This document shows positions 29,329-32,000 of a stretch of 32,000 bases of DNA, one piece after another (position 1 is the first letter of the stretch; the number at the start of each line of letters is the position of its first letter). Origin of the DNA: Aliivibrio fischeri ES114 (GTDB lineage: Bacteria > Pseudomonadota > Gammaproteobacteria > Enterobacterales > Vibrionaceae); assembly GCF_000011805.1 (NCBI RefSeq), contig NC_006841.2; one strand, written 5' to 3'. The position numbers and the translations under genes were made by a program. The notes below the pieces were generated by a model. That model made no database searches. It saw only the letters and a program-made list of their open reading frames with translations, and was not told the origin of the DNA.

Positions 29329-30212
29329 GTAGTTCTGCAGTCACTCACCCAAGCAACGCATCAAATAAATCGATTGTTGCTTGGATAAAGAAAATGAAAC
29401 CAGCAATTTGGCTTACTCCATTAGCACTGTTTTTTTATCTCTTTCAATTGGCGCCTATGATTTGGGTATTCATCAATAGTTTCATTTATGAAGATGAATA
29501 CTCATTTGAAAACTACCAAGAAATATTCGATTCTAGCTTTATGATACAAGGGTTTAGTAACAGTCTATGGTTATCGATATGGTCTAGCTTAATAGGCTTA
29601 ATGATTGCGACACTCTTGGTTTCGTCACTTCGTCGCATTGATAGTAAGCTACGTGATGGCGTTATTGCTTTCACTAACATGAGCAGTAATTTTTCAGGTG
29701 TACCATTAGCGTTTGCTTTCATTATTATTCTTGGTGTCAATGGGGCGTTTACCCTATTGCTTAAACAATATGGACTAATTGATGATTTTAATCTCTATGG
29801 AAAATGGGGATTGCTTTCTCTATACATCTACTTTCAGATCCCACTTGCCGTGTTATTACTTTATCCCGCTTTTGATGCATTAAGTGATGATTGGCAAGCG
29901 GCTTCAGCATTACTTGGCGCTAAAACATGGCAGTACTGGACCAAAATAGCGCTGCCAGTACTCTTCCCTGCGCTACTAGGTACATTCATTATTCTTATCG
30001 CTAACGCCATCGGGGCTTATGCGAGTGTATATGCCTTAACTAATGGTAACTACAACGTAATTACTGTACGTATCGCTAGCCTTGTTTCTGGTGATTTATT
30101 CCTAGAACCAAATTTAGCGGCCGCTATCTCCGTTATATTAATGGCCATTCTGGCTTTTATTACCACAGTTAATCAGTGGCTTATAGCTAGGAGTTATCAT
30201 GCAAAACGCTAA
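29325..30212 (+). CDS. ABC transporter permease
   Basis: Multi-TM; ASALLGAKTWQYWTKIALPVLFPALLGTFIILIANAIGAYASVYAL (EAA loop). Confidence 0.9.
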   Translation: MSSSAVTHPSNASNKSIVAWIKKMKPAIWLTPLALFFYLFQLAPMIWVFINSFIYEDEYSFENYQEIFDSSFMIQGFSNSLWLSIWSSLIGLMIATLLVSSLRRIDSKLRDGVIAFTNMSSNFSGVPLAFAFIIILGVNGAFTLLLKQYGLIDDFNLYGKWGLLSLYIYFQIPLAVLLLYPAFDALSDDWQAASALLGAKTWQYWTKIALPVLFPALLGTFIILIANAIGAYASVYALTNGNYNVITVRIASLVSGDLFLEPNLAAAISVILMAILAFITTVNQWLIARSYHAKR

Positions 30213-30984
30213 TACCGCATTTCATAAATTGGTGGTTTACTCTATTGTCGGATTAATGATGATCCCCATCATCGCTACTTTTATTTATTCGATTTCATCT
30301 CGTTGGGGAGCCACCATTTTACCCGATGGATTTTCTCTACAATGGTATGGTCAACTCTTAACCGATGAGCGATTTTTAGCCGCTTTTGGACGCTCATTAT
30401 TTATTGGTATTTCTGCATTAACGCTGAGTGTTGTCTTAATTATCCCAGCTATTTTTGTTGTGTTTTATTACTTTCCAAAACTCGACAAAGTAATGAATAT
30501 TCTGATCTTATTGCCTTTTGCAGTACCACCAGTGGTCTCCTCTGTTGGGTTATTGCAAATCTATGCAGATAGCAGTATTCCTTTGGTTGGGACTCCTTGG
30601 ATATTAATTGGAACCTACTTTACCATTGCACTTCCATTTATGTACCGCGCTATCGCAAATAGCTTTGAATCCATTAATTTACAAGATCTTATGGATGCTG
30701 CTCATTTATTAGGGGCCAGTACAACAAGAGCATTTCTCTTGATCATTCTTCCGAATTTACGTAAAGGTTTAATGGCCTCACTTTTTCTCTCTTTCTCTTT
30801 TTTACTAGGTGAATTTGTCTTCGCTAATATCTTGGTTGGCACACGCTATGAAACCTTACAAATCTATCTCTACAATATGCGTCAAACCAGCGGACACTTC
30901 ACGTCTGCATTAGTGATGACCTACTTCTTGTTTATCTTTTTACTGACTTGGTTAGCAAGTCGCTTTAACCGAGGTATTAAATAA
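30199..30984 (+). CDS. ABC transporter permease
   Basis: Multi-TM; DAAHLLGASTTRAFLLIILPNLRKGLMASLFLSFSFLLGEFVFANILVG (EAA loop). Confidence 0.9.
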   Translation: MQNANTAFHKLVVYSIVGLMMIPIIATFIYSISSRWGATILPDGFSLQWYGQLLTDERFLAAFGRSLFIGISALTLSVVLIIPAIFVVFYYFPKLDKVMNILILLPFAVPPVVSSVGLLQIYADSSIPLVGTPWILIGTYFTIALPFMYRAIANSFESINLQDLMDAAHLLGASTTRAFLLIILPNLRKGLMASLFLSFSFLLGEFVFANILVGTRYETLQIYLYNMRQTSGHFTSALVMTYFLFIFLLTWLASRFNRGIK

Positions 30985-32000
30985 TGAGCTATGTAAACGT
31001 AAACCAATTAACAAAACGTTTTGGTGACAATACGGTTTTTGAAAACGTAAATTTTAATATAGAAAAAGGCGAGTTTATTACTTTGCTAGGTCCAAGCGGA
31101 TGCGGTAAATCAACCCTACTTCGTAGCTTAACAGGGTTAGATCCTATCAATAATGGGGAAATTTGGGTTAATGGCGAAAACATAACAGAACAAACACCAC
31201 AGCAACGTGGTATTGGCATGGTATTTCAATCTTATGCGCTTTTTCCAAATATGACCGTGAAAGAAAACATCGCTTTTGGTTTAAAAATGAAAAAGATAGA
31301 CGTAAATACGATTGAAAAAGAAGTCTGTAAAGTTATTGAATTAGTTGATTTAAACGGTAAAGAAGATCGCTACCCTCATCAACTTTCAGGTGGGCAACGT
31401 CAACGAGTAGCACTCGCTAGGGCTCTGGTTGTAAAACCGAGGATCTTATTACTTGATGAGCCTTTATCTGCACTTGATGCCAAAATAAGAAAGCGTCTCC
31501 GTCAACAAATCCGCGATATTCAAAAAGAACTAAACTTAACAACGATCTTTGTTACTCATGATCAAGAAGAAGCCATGATCATGTCAGATCGCATCTTCTT
31601 AATGAATCAAGGTGAAATTGTTCAGCAAGGATCACCCGAAGAGATCTATACTCAACCTGCAAACGAATTTGTGGCAAGCTTCATGGGACATTACAATTTG
31701 GTTGATGCTCCAAAAGCCAAACAGTTATTTGATATTGAAACCGAGTGGAAAGTCGCTATACGCCCTGAATCGATTTATGTAAAAGAAGAAGGCAGGCACT
31801 ATGCTAAACATATTTCTCTACCAAAACAAGGGATTATCAAAAATCATCAACTGCTTGGTAATGTCATTCGCTACCAAGTAGATGTTAATGACTGCGACTT
31901 AACCGTTGATTTACTCAATCGTTCGTCAGAAAGATTATTAGCAGCGGGAAGCAAACTAGAGTTACTTTTTAATCTTAACGAAATTCAGCCAGTGAGAGCC
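30984..32000 (+). CDS. ABC transporter ATP-binding protein (3' end beyond window)
   Basis: Manually translated: MSYVNVNQLTKRFGDNTVFENVNFNIEKGEFITLLGPSGCGKSTLLRSLTG...LSGGQRQRVALARALVVKPRILLLDEPLSALDAK...TIFVTHDQEEAMIMSDR; Walker A, signature and Walker B present. Absent from the supplied ORF track. Confidence 0.95.
   Translation, partial: MSYVNVNQLTKRFGDNTVFENVNFNIEKGEFITLLGPSGCGKSTLLRSLTGLDPINNGEIWVNGENITEQTPQQRGIGMVFQSYALFPNMTVKENIAFGLKMKKIDVNTIEKEVCKVIELVDLNGKEDRYPHQLSGGQRQRVALARALVVKPRILLLDEPLSALDAKIRKRLRQQIRDIQKELNLTTIFVTHDQEEAMIMSDRIFLMNQGEIVQQGSPEEIYTQPANEFVASFMGHYNLVDAPKAKQLFDIETEWKVAIRPESIYVKEEGRHYAKHISLPKQGIIKNHQLLGNVIRYQVDVNDCDLTVDLLNRSSERLLAAGSKLELLFNLNEIQPVRA

Noticed and set aside
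1-32000. CRISPR arrays, tRNA/rRNA genes, insertion sequences
   Set aside because: No regularly spaced direct repeats, no cloverleaf or rRNA-like stretches noticed by eye, and no transposase or integrase ORF. Formal scans (tRNAscan-SE, minced, ISfinder) were not run.

Overview
The window looks like Vibrionaceae (Aliivibrio/Vibrio-like) chromosomal DNA. This placement is inferred from protein style only; no search was run. Conserved blocks flank AT-rich accessory segments. The left block has an AEC permease (cut by the window edge), an outer-membrane beta-barrel protein, a divergent LysR/cupin pair and PepE. Next is a chemoreceptor cluster (about 5.1-13.2 kb): a membrane MCP, a small MaoP/DUF413-like protein and a PAS (Aer-like) MCP on the minus strand, then divergently an MCP, a 95-aa orphan, another MCP and an AcfC-like periplasmic binding protein on the plus strand. 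After that come a GT9 glycosyltransferase, a stand-alone EAL protein with degenerate catalytic motifs, and small orphans. A core block follows: RIO1 kinase, alpha/beta hydrolase, AI-2E-type permease and YddG. A very AT-rich block (20.2-23.9 kb) has an AraC regulator and several orphan small ORFs, followed by a dCache MCP. The right end has a 56-aa CPxC protein, a LysR regulator and an ABC-importer operon containing an alkaline-phosphatase-superfamily enzyme (last gene cut by the window edge). The most interesting leads are the MCP/AcfC-like gene pair, the degenerate EAL protein, a structured unannotated hairpin locus at about 16.19-16.3 kb, two copies of an undescribed small-protein family, and a decayed RIO1-like fragment at about 4.95 kb. 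I found no convincing CRISPR array, tRNA, rRNA, transposase, integrase or recognisable anti-phage system.
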